Positions 1-9,931 of a stretch of DNA of 64,000 nucleotides are shown here, piece by piece. This DNA is from a virus, in IMG/VR virus record IMGVR_UViG_3300024520_000049, positions 110,596 through 174,595 of that record, one strand, 5' to 3'. The notes beneath the pieces were generated by a model. It did not search any database, was not told the DNA's origin, and saw only the letters and a list, made by a program, of their open reading frames with translations. The position numbers were made by a program, and so were the translations under genes. How positions within the stretch are numbered: position 1 is the stretch's first letter; the number at the start of each line of letters is the position of its first letter.

Positions 1-2055
1 GCTCTGCGCAATGACGGGTATTTGCGGCTGATCCAAATGACTGGCGCGGGTGGTGCGCTGACAGGCGTTATCAGGCTGTACCCTGAGGGCTCGCCAGACC
101 GTCCGGTCGAACCCATGATACATTACCCTGACTGCATCAGCGTCACTGACACGGTGGATATCCTAAACCAGTTCTTGGGCGCCATGGGGTCGCGGGTTGG
201 CATCGTAGGCCACAATGTGAAGGCTGACGGTATGTGGCTCTTGCACTATGGTGTGGACATCCGCCCGCATGTGTTTTACGACACCATGCTGGCGGAGCAC
301 CTCATCTCGAATCTAGGACCATTCGGCCTATCAGAATTGACGCTGAAATACACGGACATGGGCAGGTACGATCTGCCTGTGATCGACTTCACCCGAGAAC
401 ACCCGGAACTGATCGAAGGGGGCTACGGCTTCATACCGGACGATCTTCTGCTCCCGTACGCGGCAGGAGATACGATGGCGACGTTCAGAGTGATGGAGGC
501 GCAAAAGGAGGCCATCCAGCGCTGTCTGGTTCCGCGGGGGCTACAAGGTCAGTACCCGTCGCTCCTCGCGGCCACGGTACGGCTGGGCTCCCACCTCTAT
601 GAGCTGGAGCGGACCGGCATACCCATAGATTTGGTGCGCCTGGAAGAGCTAACAGCTGCCTATAACAACAAGCACCGGCAGCTGGTGAGCCAGATGCAGG
701 CCATGGCGGCCGAGATGGGCTGGCTAGAGTTTAATCCGGGGTCAACGTTGCAGGTCCGAAATCTGCTCTTCAATACTAAAGAACACAATGGCCTGGGTTT
801 AACCCCGGTAAAAAGTACAGGCAAGCGTTCAAAATCCTGGGAATGGGTAATGAGCCAATCCCCCGCCAAGCAGGCAGAGTACAACGCGTCCACGGACAAG
901 GCCACACTTGAGCTGCTGGAAGAATATCACCCAATGGTTCGGCATCTGCTGAACATACGACGAGTTGATGTGATCTGTAAGAACTTCCTTAGAGAAGATA
1001 AGACAGGCGGCATACCCGGCAACATCTATGCGGACGGGCGCATCCACCCAGGCTTCGGCCAGCTGACAGACACTGGCCGGCTCAATAGCCGCAACCCGAA
1101 TGTCCAGAACTGGCCGAAAGCCAGCGAAGGCTACATCGCTGAAATATTCTCGGGGGAAGAGGCCCCGAAGTCGCTGCGGTCTATTATTCTGGAAACCTTG
1201 CCAGGATGGGTGATCATTGAGGCGGACTTCAAGCAGGCTGAGTTGTTTGTTCTTGGGGGCATGGCAGATGATCTGGTCATGCTCTCTGCACTAAACACAC
1301 CTGGGAAGGATCTTCACGACATTACAGCGGTGGACTCATTCGGTCTGCAAGTGTTTATGCCAGACGGCTCTGCTGTTGACGATAATGCCATGCTGGCCCT
1401 TGCGGCCACAGACATGGACGCATTCGTGAAGTTGCAGAAATCGTTGGTTTATGTAGACCCTAAAGGTAAGAGGATGACCAGAGATGAGTTCAAATCTACC
1501 ATCAGGGTATCGGCGAAAGCCATCAACTTCGGTATACCTTACGGACGTGGTGCAGGCGCAATTGCTATGCAGGTAAATGCCACCACGGGCCTTGGAGTAA
1601 CGAAAGAAGAAATCCAGATAGGTCTGGATGGGTGGAAATCCACCTACAAAGTGGCGTGGGCGTGCATGGTGAGATATCAAACCGACGCAAACACGCTGGG
1701 TTATGTTGAGAGTCCGTGGGGGCGCCGTCGGCACTTCCGCAAAGCTACGAACAGAGCAGAAGAGGGTGCGAATGCGCGCGAGGCTGCTAACTTCCCTATC
1801 CAGTCGACTGTTGCCGATACAATGGCGATCGCTGCAGACCGGCTGAGTAACATACGACAGAGGGAGGGCCTGAGTTTTAGGCTCTTCAATCAAGTACACG
1901 ATGCGTTCCTATTCGCCCTCCCCGAGGGTGAAGTAGAAGCGACGACCAAAGCGATTCACGAAGGTATGGGCGGCATTGACATCCCGATGCCGTCTGGGAA
2001 GCCTCTACGCCTTGAGATAGACGTAGATGTGTTCACTAGATGGGGTGAAAAGTAA
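1..2055 (+). CDS. polA: DNA polymerase family A (3'-5' exonuclease + polymerase), 5'-truncated by window edge
   Basis: Frame open from base 1. Exonuclease motifs GHNVKAD and DTMLAEHL; polymerase motifs TGRLNSRNPNVQN, A (EADFKQAE), B (RVSAKAINFGIPYG), C (NQVHDA). Confidence 0.96.
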   Translation, partial: ALRNDGYLRLIQMTGAGGALTGVIRLYPEGSPDRPVEPMIHYPDCISVTDTVDILNQFLGAMGSRVGIVGHNVKADGMWLLHYGVDIRPHVFYDTMLAEHLISNLGPFGLSELTLKYTDMGRYDLPVIDFTREHPELIEGGYGFIPDDLLLPYAAGDTMATFRVMEAQKEAIQRCLVPRGLQGQYPSLLAATVRLGSHLYELERTGIPIDLVRLEELTAAYNNKHRQLVSQMQAMAAEMGWLEFNPGSTLQVRNLLFNTKEHNGLGLTPVKSTGKRSKSWEWVMSQSPAKQAEYNASTDKATLELLEEYHPMVRHLLNIRRVDVICKNFLREDKTGGIPGNIYADGRIHPGFGQLTDTGRLNSRNPNVQNWPKASEGYIAEIFSGEEAPKSLRSIILETLPGWVIIEADFKQAELFVLGGMADDLVMLSALNTPGKDLHDITAVDSFGLQVFMPDGSAVDDNAMLALAATDMDAFVKLQKSLVYVDPKGKRMTRDEFKSTIRVSAKAINFGIPYGRGAGAIAMQVNATTGLGVTKEEIQIGLDGWKSTYKVAWACMVRYQTDANTLGYVESPWGRRRHFRKATNRAEEGANAREAANFPIQSTVADTMAIAADRLSNIRQREGLSFRLFNQVHDAFLFALPEGEVEATTKAIHEGMGGIDIPMPSGKPLRLEIDVDVFTRWGEK

Positions 2056-2067
2056 AAGGAGAAATCA

Positions 2068-3507
2068 ATGTATGATTTGAACAAACAGGTAGCAACGAGC
2101 GCGTCCAACGCAGGTGGTCGCGGTATTTTCAAACAAGGGGTGAAGAAGCGCTTCTTGAACGTGAAGGATGGTGTCACTACGCACTTTCGCGTGATGCCAG
2201 CGCACAACCCTGGACACCTGCAGCAAAACGCGGACGGCGAGTACGTCGCCACAGACCCGCAGTCATGGGTCTACTTCCGCAATCCAGAAGATGGGCTGCT
2301 CACACACTGGGCTCGGCTTATCTTCGTATCGGCCTTTGTTGGTCACGGGTCGGCGAAGGCTGGCGGTCGGCGAGACATCTTGTCTCCACTCACATACGGA
2401 CCAGATCTGGAACACACCCCAGTCTGCCCTGTCACCAAGGTCGCGGAGTTTGCTCAGCGCACCCCAGAGTGGAAGTACCTGACAGAAGACGTGAAGGACG
2501 GCAGCGGTCAGTTTGTTGACCGCAAAGCAATCCAAGCGCCAAGCGAGCAGCTGATCATGAATGTCCTGATGCCCAACGCTCTGGAGGAAGGCTGCGTAAT
2601 CGGGCTGCTGTCCAAGAGTGGCTACATCTCTCTGCTCGGTAAGCAGGGTCTGGCTAATCAGGTGAATTCGGCGATTACTCCGGATATACTCAAGATTAAC
2701 CCTATGGCTCGCTTCTCCTGCGGGGATTTAACACATCCCACGGAAGCTCCGCTGCTCTCGTTGACCAAGGAGAACACGGGCACGTACGGCAAGTACATCA
2801 TCAGCCTGACACAGCTGCCTAATCATGAGGTACGACGTCTGCCTGCTCCTCCGGAGATCATGGCTCAGCGTATCCCTCTCGCCAGCACACGGTCGCTATT
2901 CCCCATACGCACCGAGCAGGAAATCGTGGATGAGCTCTGCCAGCTCCTTAACGGGGTGTCCCCGGCCGGGCTTCACGAGCATGAGCTCATCAAGGCGGCT
3001 GTAGGTGAAATGTTCCACGTGCCTGATCCGCCAACACGAGCCTACACTCAGGGCTTCAGCCAACCGCAGCCTGGTGTTGCGATGCCGGGCCAGCCCGCGC
3101 ATCCACCGTTCCCTGGTGGCGGCGCGCCAAGTGGTGTGCCACTGGGAGGTATGCCGACCCCAACTACTGGGGTAGCTCCGCAGCAGGCAGCGATGCCTAG
3201 TACAGCAGTTCCAACTGCTGTACCCACGGCGGCTCCAACCGCAGCACCAACTGCTGCCCCTACCGCAGCACCCACGGCGCCGGCAGCGCCTGCGGCCGCT
3301 CCAACACCGGCCGCCCCGGCACAAGCTCCGCCAGGTATGGCTCAATCAGCTATGCCTGCACAGCCGGTTCCCACCGGGTTCGCTGGCCCTCCGCCAGCGC
3401 CCACAACACCGCCGGCAGCAGCGTCTGCCCCGGTGCCAGGAGAAACGCCACCTGGGTATAACCGGGATGAGTTCCTCAATAAGCTGAACAATGGCAATCA
3501 AGCTTAG
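2068..3507 (+). CDS. putative single-stranded DNA-binding protein (gp32-like) with long Pro/Ala-rich tail
   Basis: Lies between polA and recA. N-terminal 'FLNVKDG..HFRVMP' and 'CPV' resemble phage gp32-type SSBs; low-complexity PTAA tail ending DEFLNKL; strong SD AAGGAG. Confidence 0.55.
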   Translation: MYDLNKQVATSASNAGGRGIFKQGVKKRFLNVKDGVTTHFRVMPAHNPGHLQQNADGEYVATDPQSWVYFRNPEDGLLTHWARLIFVSAFVGHGSAKAGGRRDILSPLTYGPDLEHTPVCPVTKVAEFAQRTPEWKYLTEDVKDGSGQFVDRKAIQAPSEQLIMNVLMPNALEEGCVIGLLSKSGYISLLGKQGLANQVNSAITPDILKINPMARFSCGDLTHPTEAPLLSLTKENTGTYGKYIISLTQLPNHEVRRLPAPPEIMAQRIPLASTRSLFPIRTEQEIVDELCQLLNGVSPAGLHEHELIKAAVGEMFHVPDPPTRAYTQGFSQPQPGVAMPGQPAHPPFPGGGAPSGVPLGGMPTPTTGVAPQQAAMPSTAVPTAVPTAAPTAAPTAAPTAAPTAPAAPAAAPTPAAPAQAPPGMAQSAMPAQPVPTGFAGPPPAPTTPPAAASAPVPGETPPGYNRDEFLNKLNNGNQA

Positions 3508-3522
3508 AGGTAGAAAGAAAAC

Positions 3523-3553
3523 AGGGGCAGCCTTTCGGGGCTGCCCCTTATTT
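3523..3553 (+). terminator. intrinsic terminator-like hairpin
   Basis: AGGGGCAGCC-TTTCGG-GGCTGCCCCT followed by TATTT, just after the SSB stop. Confidence 0.7.
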
Positions 3554-3566
3554 GTGAAGGAGCTCT

Positions 3567-4754
3567 ATGGCTAGGAAAAAGAAGAAAGACGAAATCCCTA
3601 CTACCATTGAAGGCGGCGTCGGCTTCCTGCTAAAGAAGCTTGAGATAGCATCAAAGGCTCGCGCAACAATGAGGGCCACAGACGTATCTGCCACCTGGCG
3701 GTACATCGACTTTACGGATGTGTCCAAGAACCGGCCCTGCCTACCCTTGGAGTATCTGTACGGGACTCGAGGACTCATATGTGGCCGTATTGTAAAATAC
3801 AACGCAGTACACGCTGCGGGTAAGTCTGCGTCCATCTTCATGAACTATGCGATGGGCCAAAGACAGGGTGTTTGGGCAACGCACCTGGAATCAGAAGAGA
3901 CACCACCCCCGCCCGATTTTCAGCGGCATTTGGGGTGTAATCCAAAAGAACTCATTGTGCAGTTTCCGCACAATGTGTCAAATTGCCTCGACGAGGCGGA
4001 GACGTTCATCCGCACGGTACGGGAGAGCTTAGACCCAGATAAGAAGCATCCTATTATTGTGGGTATCGACTCAGTAAGTGGTCTGGCATCTAAGACACTA
4101 AACCCCTCTGCGGCAGAAAAGAAGGAAGAGAATAAGCAGGGCAAGGTGGCTTTCCACTCCCGCGCGTTCAGTGAGTTCTTCCGGGAGAAGCTGCCTATGT
4201 TTAAGGAGTATGACGCAGTCATGGTATCCAGCGGGCAGCTGAAAGCAGACATCGGCGCAGCCAGTGTTTTCGGGGCTAAAGGCCCTCAGCAAACGAGTCT
4301 GGCCGATGCGCCATTCTCCTACCACGCCAGCTGGACTGTGGAGATCACACATGGTAAGTGGTGGGTCGAAGGTGTCGGTGACATCGGCGAGACGATCACC
4401 TGCCGCACCACCAAAAATAAGCTGGCCTCTCGGGGTCGGATGATAAAGATACATCTGCTTAAGCCAGAGCTTGCCGGCGGGGATGTAGGGTGGGACTTCA
4501 CCGAAGCTCACAAGACGTTGTTCCTTAAGGCTAAGCCTTTTGACGAAGACACCTACACGAACTCCGGCGGGTGGCACAAGCACCCTAAACTGAATGGCGG
4601 GAAAAGCGTGCAAAACTTCACGGAGTTTCTTGACCTGATGTACGACAATGAGGAAGTGCTCATGGAGTGCCGGCGGAACTTGCGTATTCGCGGATTCGGC
4701 CTGGATTTTGAAGCCCCGTATATTGCGGAGGAGCCCGATGCCGGAGATTCCTGA
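3567..4754 (+). CDS. recA: RecA/UvsX-like recombinase
   Basis: GRIVKY..HAAGKS (Walker A-like), HLESEE, IIVGIDSVSGL (Walker B), GETITCRTTKNKLA. Confidence 0.85.
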   Translation: MARKKKKDEIPTTIEGGVGFLLKKLEIASKARATMRATDVSATWRYIDFTDVSKNRPCLPLEYLYGTRGLICGRIVKYNAVHAAGKSASIFMNYAMGQRQGVWATHLESEETPPPPDFQRHLGCNPKELIVQFPHNVSNCLDEAETFIRTVRESLDPDKKHPIIVGIDSVSGLASKTLNPSAAEKKEENKQGKVAFHSRAFSEFFREKLPMFKEYDAVMVSSGQLKADIGAASVFGAKGPQQTSLADAPFSYHASWTVEITHGKWWVEGVGDIGETITCRTTKNKLASRGRMIKIHLLKPELAGGDVGWDFTEAHKTLFLKAKPFDEDTYTNSGGWHKHPKLNGGKSVQNFTEFLDLMYDNEEVLMECRRNLRIRGFGLDFEAPYIAEEPDAGDS

Positions 4755-5265
4755 GCATATACGAGACAAGATACTCTCGCGTAGTAACTACGCAGTAGAG
4801 GAGAAGCTTGCCAGGCGGGTCCGAGCAGCACTCGGGCTCCGTCCAGCGAGTCTCAAAGCGCTGCGGCGCGATCGCATGAACGAGACAGACAAGGGCTACG
4901 CCACCGACTGGGAGCTTGTACGAGATATCCTCTACGACTTGCTACCCGGTTTGCTGGAGGGCGGCAGGAAGAAGCCGCTGCACGTCTTCTCCTCGCGGTG
5001 CGTTAAAGAGACGGAAGATCATATCCGCTTTGCGTACCCGCCGGACAAGGGCCTACCCACTGTGCCTACGTTCTTCATCATATACCCTGGCGGTGACGTC
5101 AGTGTTGTCACACTTATGCTCCGGGCCAGTTTACCAGCTGTCCCGGGGAAGTTTTCGGTGCGCCCGTTCCATGGGCTTATCGTCGCCGTGGACAGGCCAT
5201 TAGCGGACTTTGCAGAACCTTTGCAAGAAGCCGCAGAGTGCTGGAAACGTCACCATAATGTGTAG
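4738..5265 (+). CDS. hypothetical protein
   Basis: ATG at 4738 after GGAGGAG, overlapping the recA end; gene chain continues. Confidence 0.6.
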   Translation: MPEIPEHIRDKILSRSNYAVEEKLARRVRAALGLRPASLKALRRDRMNETDKGYATDWELVRDILYDLLPGLLEGGRKKPLHVFSSRCVKETEDHIRFAYPPDKGLPTVPTFFIIYPGGDVSVVTLMLRASLPAVPGKFSVRPFHGLIVAVDRPLADFAEPLQEAAECWKRHHNV

Positions 5266-5611
5266 CGACGTGCTCGTGTTAGAGCATTCAGGAGAATCCG
5301 CAGACCCCTGCAAGGTGGTGTCTGCGGACTACCGGGCGGTGTTTCGCATACCCCCCGACGAACTGGCCGCACGGTCAGTCACTGAGGTTATCGCGTATTT
5401 CCTAACGGAGTCGCGAAGCCCCGGCTGGAACTCGCAAATGCGGGCACCAATCAAAATCGGGGATATTATCTGGATCCCCAAAGAGAGTATTCTAGGCGGC
5501 GCCTGGATGATATGCCCGGTATCGCCACACCGCACCGGTTTGATGTTCACGCAGTGGCCAGACTACACTGCGAAACCTGTTGAAATTAACTTCGAGGAGA
5601 TTGCTATATGA
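5258..5611 (+). CDS. hypothetical protein
   Basis: Start overlaps the previous stop; ATGA-coupled to the next gene. Confidence 0.55.
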   Translation: MCSDVLVLEHSGESADPCKVVSADYRAVFRIPPDELAARSVTEVIAYFLTESRSPGWNSQMRAPIKIGDIIWIPKESILGGAWMICPVSPHRTGLMFTQWPDYTAKPVEINFEEIAI

Positions 5612-6270
5612 CAAACCCGTCGGGGCTGGAGAGACTTGCATTTATGTACTGCCTCACAGCCATAGATCACGAAGAGGTTGAGCGGGCCAAAGGTGGTCAG
5701 CTTGTATTCCCAAAGGACGATCCATACACCGCAGACACCCTCTCAGCTCGGGAGAACTGGTTTGAAGAGGAAGCCAGAAAGTACGATCGATTCCGTCAGG
5801 TGGTTCGCGTCACCCTGCTGTGCCCCCCGCACGATTGTGTTTCCTTATTTAGCGCGGACGAGGCATCATTGCTCTCTCAGCTATGGGACGCACTCGCAAG
5901 CTACGGGGTAGGAGGGTATCGTGAAGTCGCGGGCTGGGAGGTTCAAGAACGGACCTGGCCGACGCTACTTAACCGTAGCCTTGTTAATGGTGTGCAGATC
6001 CCTGCATGGGCTAAACACGACCTAACCAGGCGCTGGCCGGTTATCCAGCTCCACGACATAAGCCAGATCTACAAGTCTGGTGCGTCCCATTACAACAGAC
6101 CCCTGCCAAAAATGGAGCACGTGCTACGCTTCTGGCTGGGCGAGGACTTCCCCTGCGAGTCTGACCTGCAGATTGCTGCGAGTGTCTACCCGCAGCGGGA
6201 GGAATTGAAGCATCAAACTTGTCAGTACGTTGATGGTATGTGCAGAGCAGTAGCCCGGTACATTGCGTAG
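5608..6270 (+). CDS. hypothetical protein
   Basis: 220-aa ORF with SD GAGGAG; possibly a degenerate exonuclease fold (not established). Confidence 0.6.
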   Translation: MTNPSGLERLAFMYCLTAIDHEEVERAKGGQLVFPKDDPYTADTLSARENWFEEEARKYDRFRQVVRVTLLCPPHDCVSLFSADEASLLSQLWDALASYGVGGYREVAGWEVQERTWPTLLNRSLVNGVQIPAWAKHDLTRRWPVIQLHDISQIYKSGASHYNRPLPKMEHVLRFWLGEDFPCESDLQIAASVYPQREELKHQTCQYVDGMCRAVARYIA

Positions 6271-6276
6271 CAACTA

Positions 6277-6912
6277 ATGACAAGAACCACTGAACGATAC
6301 GTGTATAATGGTCCGGTACCTCCGGACAACACAGATACCAACTTTAAGCCTAACCGATACATCCTTGCCTACGCTCAGAAAACGGTTAAACCCGGTGGAC
6401 GTATCCTGGATTACGGGGCCGGCAGATATGCCCGCAACGCTAAAGGTTTGCGGGAGTTGGGATTCGAAGTTTACGCGTATGATCCTTATGAACATAAGTG
6501 CAGTGGCGACGGGTGGGCAGGAGTCTCTGAGGACTTGCCCGTAGGTGAGCGGTTTGATCTCGTGTTCAGCGCGTATGTGCTGAACGTAGTGACAGAGGCT
6601 GTTGAGCAGACTTTGGACTTTTCGGACTTTGGTCCGGACGTTCACTGGGCGCGCGGCTCTGACATACTCAAAATGGCGCGCGGCGCACTCAACGTAAAGC
6701 GCAAAGGTCGCGTGTTTGAGTTTTTCATGGATACTTTCGCTAAGGTTCACCCCACGGCGGGAGAGGAGATGGAACATGGAGAGGTTACCGAGGACACACT
6801 CATGCAGTTCTGTGAACATGGCATGATCACCATACGGGGGTTCCAGAGAATTCCCAGCCCTCCTGGGTATGTTAGGATTCCACAGGGAAGTAGCAGTTTG
6901 TTTTTGAAATAG
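6277..6912 (+). CDS. class I SAM-dependent methyltransferase
   Basis: ILDYGAG motif I, YAYDPY, FDLVFSAYVLNVV. Confidence 0.85.
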   Translation: MTRTTERYVYNGPVPPDNTDTNFKPNRYILAYAQKTVKPGGRILDYGAGRYARNAKGLRELGFEVYAYDPYEHKCSGDGWAGVSEDLPVGERFDLVFSAYVLNVVTEAVEQTLDFSDFGPDVHWARGSDILKMARGALNVKRKGRVFEFFMDTFAKVHPTAGEEMEHGEVTEDTLMQFCEHGMITIRGFQRIPSPPGYVRIPQGSSSLFLK

Positions 6913-6946
6913 GAAAATGATATGAAAGAACAGGTAAAGAGGTCAT

Positions 6947-8599
6947 ATGAGCTTAGATAATGCACTCGCTGTGATGGGCTTCGACAAAGTACGCGCAGGG
7001 CAGCGAAAGATGGTAGAGGCAGTAATCGCCGGTGGTGATCTGCTGGGCGTAATGCCCACAGGCAGCGGCAAGAGTGGGGTATACATTTTACCCTGCCTTG
7101 CTAATCGCTGGAGGGGGCTGATCTTCAGCCCCCTGATCTCCTTGCAGGGGGATCAAGTACAAAAGTTGACAGACCGGGGTGTTTCGGCCGCGGCAATTAA
7201 CTCCACAAACTCTTCGGAGTGTAACCAGCAGACACTGGACGCATGGTGCGCAGGGAATCTGCAGTTCTTATTTGTGGCGCCAGAGCAGTTGGCGCGTGAC
7301 CAGTTCCGTGCGACGCTTCTGGAGTATCGGCCGGATCTTGTAGTGGTGGATGAAGTGCATACCGCCGCCGCGTGGGCCGATGACTTTCGGCCGGCGTACA
7401 AACTCATCGCGCCGGTAGTCCGTCAATTGCGGCCGGCACAGTTACTGTGTCTGACAGCGACGCTGACGCCAGACAACGAGGCGTCAGTGCGGACAATCAT
7501 GGGAATGGAGACCGCGCAAAAGATATCCCATTACAAACGCCGCAAGAACCTGGAGCTCAGCTCGAGGTACTGTGCGACAACAAAGGACATTGTAGACATT
7601 GCTCGGGAGTCCACAGGCCCGACCATCATCTACTGTGCGACAGTAGCACGTATCGAGAAGCATCTGTTCCCTGCTATGCAGAAGGCGTTTGCTGACTCAG
7701 GCGGGGTGATCAAGTATCATGGACAGCTCTCCGCGTCCGCACGTGAGATGAACATGAAGATGTTTATGCAGGGGATGGCCAAGTATGTCCTTGCAACAAA
7801 TGCATTCGGGCTCGGCGTGGACAAAGCCGACGTACGGATGGTGCTACACGCGGACACGCCCGGATCAGTCGAAGCCTACGCACAGGAGGCTGGCCGTGCC
7901 GGCAGAGATGGTAAGCCCTCCAAGTGCGTGCTTGGGTACAATGAAGGTTCGATACGTACTCAGAAGTTTTTCGTGGACTCAAAAAATCCTCCGCGGAAAG
8001 ACTACGAAGCCACCTGGGCGGCGCTGCTTAAACTTACTCAGCAGGGTAAGACGGCTATCACCATGACACTGGATGAGATCGCCAGCAACGCTGGTGTGAA
8101 GGCCCCGCAGCTGGGCGCAGTGATGAACGTGCTGCAAGGGGCGAAGCTGGTCTCACGAACGAGTGGGAGGTACGTAGAGACCGTAAAAATACTCGGCAAC
8201 CGCCCAACTGACAATGAAGAACTCACAGAGGTCTACGACCGCATTGTAATTGGGATGACGTACGGGCAGACAGCCATATCTATGCCGCCCTCCGATATGG
8301 CGAAGCTCATTAAAGTAAAAACCGTGACAGGCATGCGCCAGCTGATGGTCGCTTTAGAGGTGGCAGAGGCCGTAGACTACACACCCGCTAGTCGGGCGAA
8401 AACAACCCAGCTCCGCACAACAGAGCTGAGCCTGGACTGGGATCGACTGGCGAAGAAGCGAGTACGTGAGCTCACCAGCCTCGCCCACGTGCAGACGTAC
8501 CTGGACGTCACAAAGAAAAACAAGCACAGCGCTCTGGAGTATTACTTTGAAAACGGTAGTGTTCCAAAGAACGAAGCGGCGTTTGATACTTGTGACTGA
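6947..8599 (+). CDS. recQ: RecQ family ATP-dependent DNA helicase
   Basis: MPTGSGKS, SPLISLQGDQV, VVDEVH, DDFRPAY, LTAT, ATNAFGLGVDKADVR, YAQEAGRAGRDG. Confidence 0.95.
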   Translation: MSLDNALAVMGFDKVRAGQRKMVEAVIAGGDLLGVMPTGSGKSGVYILPCLANRWRGLIFSPLISLQGDQVQKLTDRGVSAAAINSTNSSECNQQTLDAWCAGNLQFLFVAPEQLARDQFRATLLEYRPDLVVVDEVHTAAAWADDFRPAYKLIAPVVRQLRPAQLLCLTATLTPDNEASVRTIMGMETAQKISHYKRRKNLELSSRYCATTKDIVDIARESTGPTIIYCATVARIEKHLFPAMQKAFADSGGVIKYHGQLSASAREMNMKMFMQGMAKYVLATNAFGLGVDKADVRMVLHADTPGSVEAYAQEAGRAGRDGKPSKCVLGYNEGSIRTQKFFVDSKNPPRKDYEATWAALLKLTQQGKTAITMTLDEIASNAGVKAPQLGAVMNVLQGAKLVSRTSGRYVETVKILGNRPTDNEELTEVYDRIVIGMTYGQTAISMPPSDMAKLIKVKTVTGMRQLMVALEVAEAVDYTPASRAKTTQLRTTELSLDWDRLAKKRVRELTSLAHVQTYLDVTKKNKHSALEYYFENGSVPKNEAAFDTCD

Positions 8600-9263
8600 A
8601 GCGGAGCGTCTTATCGATGAGCTGTCTTATGAAGACATACAACGCTACTCTCGTTATTTCTTGTCAGTGGCGCCGAAAACTCCAGACGAGTTTCTGCGCC
8701 GCTGGTTGTTCTCATTCTCGTCTATTCAGACGGGGTGGGCGCAAAACGTGGCGTTGTACAACGCCATTAAAGATCTACAATGGGGGTGGTCAGAAGACGC
8801 CTTGCTGGGGTGCATAAAAGGCTCAAAGGCCGGGTTGCACAACAGACGCTGCCGTTTCATTTGGGGGTTTTACGAGCAATTCCGTAAAAATCCTGCTAAG
8901 TTTTACGGTAGGAAGGGCGAAAGCTGGGTAGATTATCGGGATCGCCTCATGGGAATGATCCCCGGTATCGGCCTGGCTAAGACAGCCTTCGTGCTTGAAA
9001 TGACGTGGCCTATCAAGGCGCAGATTTGCTGCCTGGACCGTCACATTATAAGGATGTTTGGAGAGAACGCAGAAAAGATTACGAATAAGAAGTACAAAGA
9101 ACTTGAGCAAGAATGGGTAAGGTTGTGTAAACGAAAGGGCGCTCCTCCTGCGATCGCCCGGGCAATATGCTGGGATAAGATACAGGATGAGTCAGACAGC
9201 AGCTACTGGTGCTGCGTGTTTCACGAAGAACGAACGATACTATCGAGGGCGCTGGCGGTATGA
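8583..9263 (+). CDS. helix-hairpin-helix DNA glycosylase/lyase-like protein (OGG/EndoIII superfamily)
   Basis: IPGIGLAKTAF HhH motif with Lys, followed by CCLDRHIIR (catalytic Asp region); start TTG 8583 or GTG 8592. Confidence 0.7.
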   Translation: MILVTEAERLIDELSYEDIQRYSRYFLSVAPKTPDEFLRRWLFSFSSIQTGWAQNVALYNAIKDLQWGWSEDALLGCIKGSKAGLHNRRCRFIWGFYEQFRKNPAKFYGRKGESWVDYRDRLMGMIPGIGLAKTAFVLEMTWPIKAQICCLDRHIIRMFGENAEKITNKKYKELEQEWVRLCKRKGAPPAIARAICWDKIQDESDSSYWCCVFHEERTILSRALAV

Positions 9264-9718
9264 AAGAATGGTGGCAAGGTTTACCATCGATAATGGACGT
9301 AGAGGTATCGCAAGGGTCGGGGTCGCAGAAACCCCTCCCTGGGCAGATACTTCCATGTATGCTGTGTAAGAAGCCATTTCTTATGCGCAAGTACCTTGGA
9401 CCTCCGGACCAGATATGTTCGGAGTGCTTCAAAACTTATGCTGATGCTGCGAAGATCGTGTGCGTTAAGTGTAAGGCTGTCATCGCCAGGGTTAAGCCCG
9501 AGGTGTTGGACAGTGGTTTCTACATAAGGCCGAAGGCCGTGCTGCACACCGACAAATGTGGGATGTGCTATGTGGGGACTGAGGAGCGGTGGACGTCCAC
9601 TGTTATCGAGGTAGCCGAATGGGAGACACGAATTGGTCGCCGCAAGACGACTATCTTCCTGGCCAAGCTCGGCCCCGAGAATGTTCCAACAATAACGAAA
9701 AACGAAAAGAAGGAGTAA
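9260..9718 (+). CDS. zinc-finger protein (four CxxC)
   Basis: CMLC, CSEC, CVKC, CGMC. Confidence 0.65.
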   Translation: MKEWWQGLPSIMDVEVSQGSGSQKPLPGQILPCMLCKKPFLMRKYLGPPDQICSECFKTYADAAKIVCVKCKAVIARVKPEVLDSGFYIRPKAVLHTDKCGMCYVGTEERWTSTVIEVAEWETRIGRRKTTIFLAKLGPENVPTITKNEKKE

Positions 9719-9721
9719 CCC

Positions 9722-9931
9722 ATGGTTAACTTTATCATAGGTCTCACTGCCGGCTTCATTACCGGCGTAGGTTATGCTGAGCGTCACGAGCGCCCTTGGC
9801 ATGAGCTGAAAACCTCATTAGCGTGCAGCGCCATCGGCGCGTACCGTCTGGTGAAAGGTGGCCCTCACGCCCCGACACCAGAAGATGCCACGTCTGAGCC
9901 ACCAGTTGGCGCAGAGCAGTCCGCAGCCTGA
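9722..9931 (+). CDS. small membrane-anchored hypothetical protein
   Basis: Hydrophobic N-terminus FIIGLTAGFITGVG; SD AAGGAG. Confidence 0.6.
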   Translation: MVNFIIGLTAGFITGVGYAERHERPWHELKTSLACSAIGAYRLVKGGPHAPTPEDATSEPPVGAEQSAA

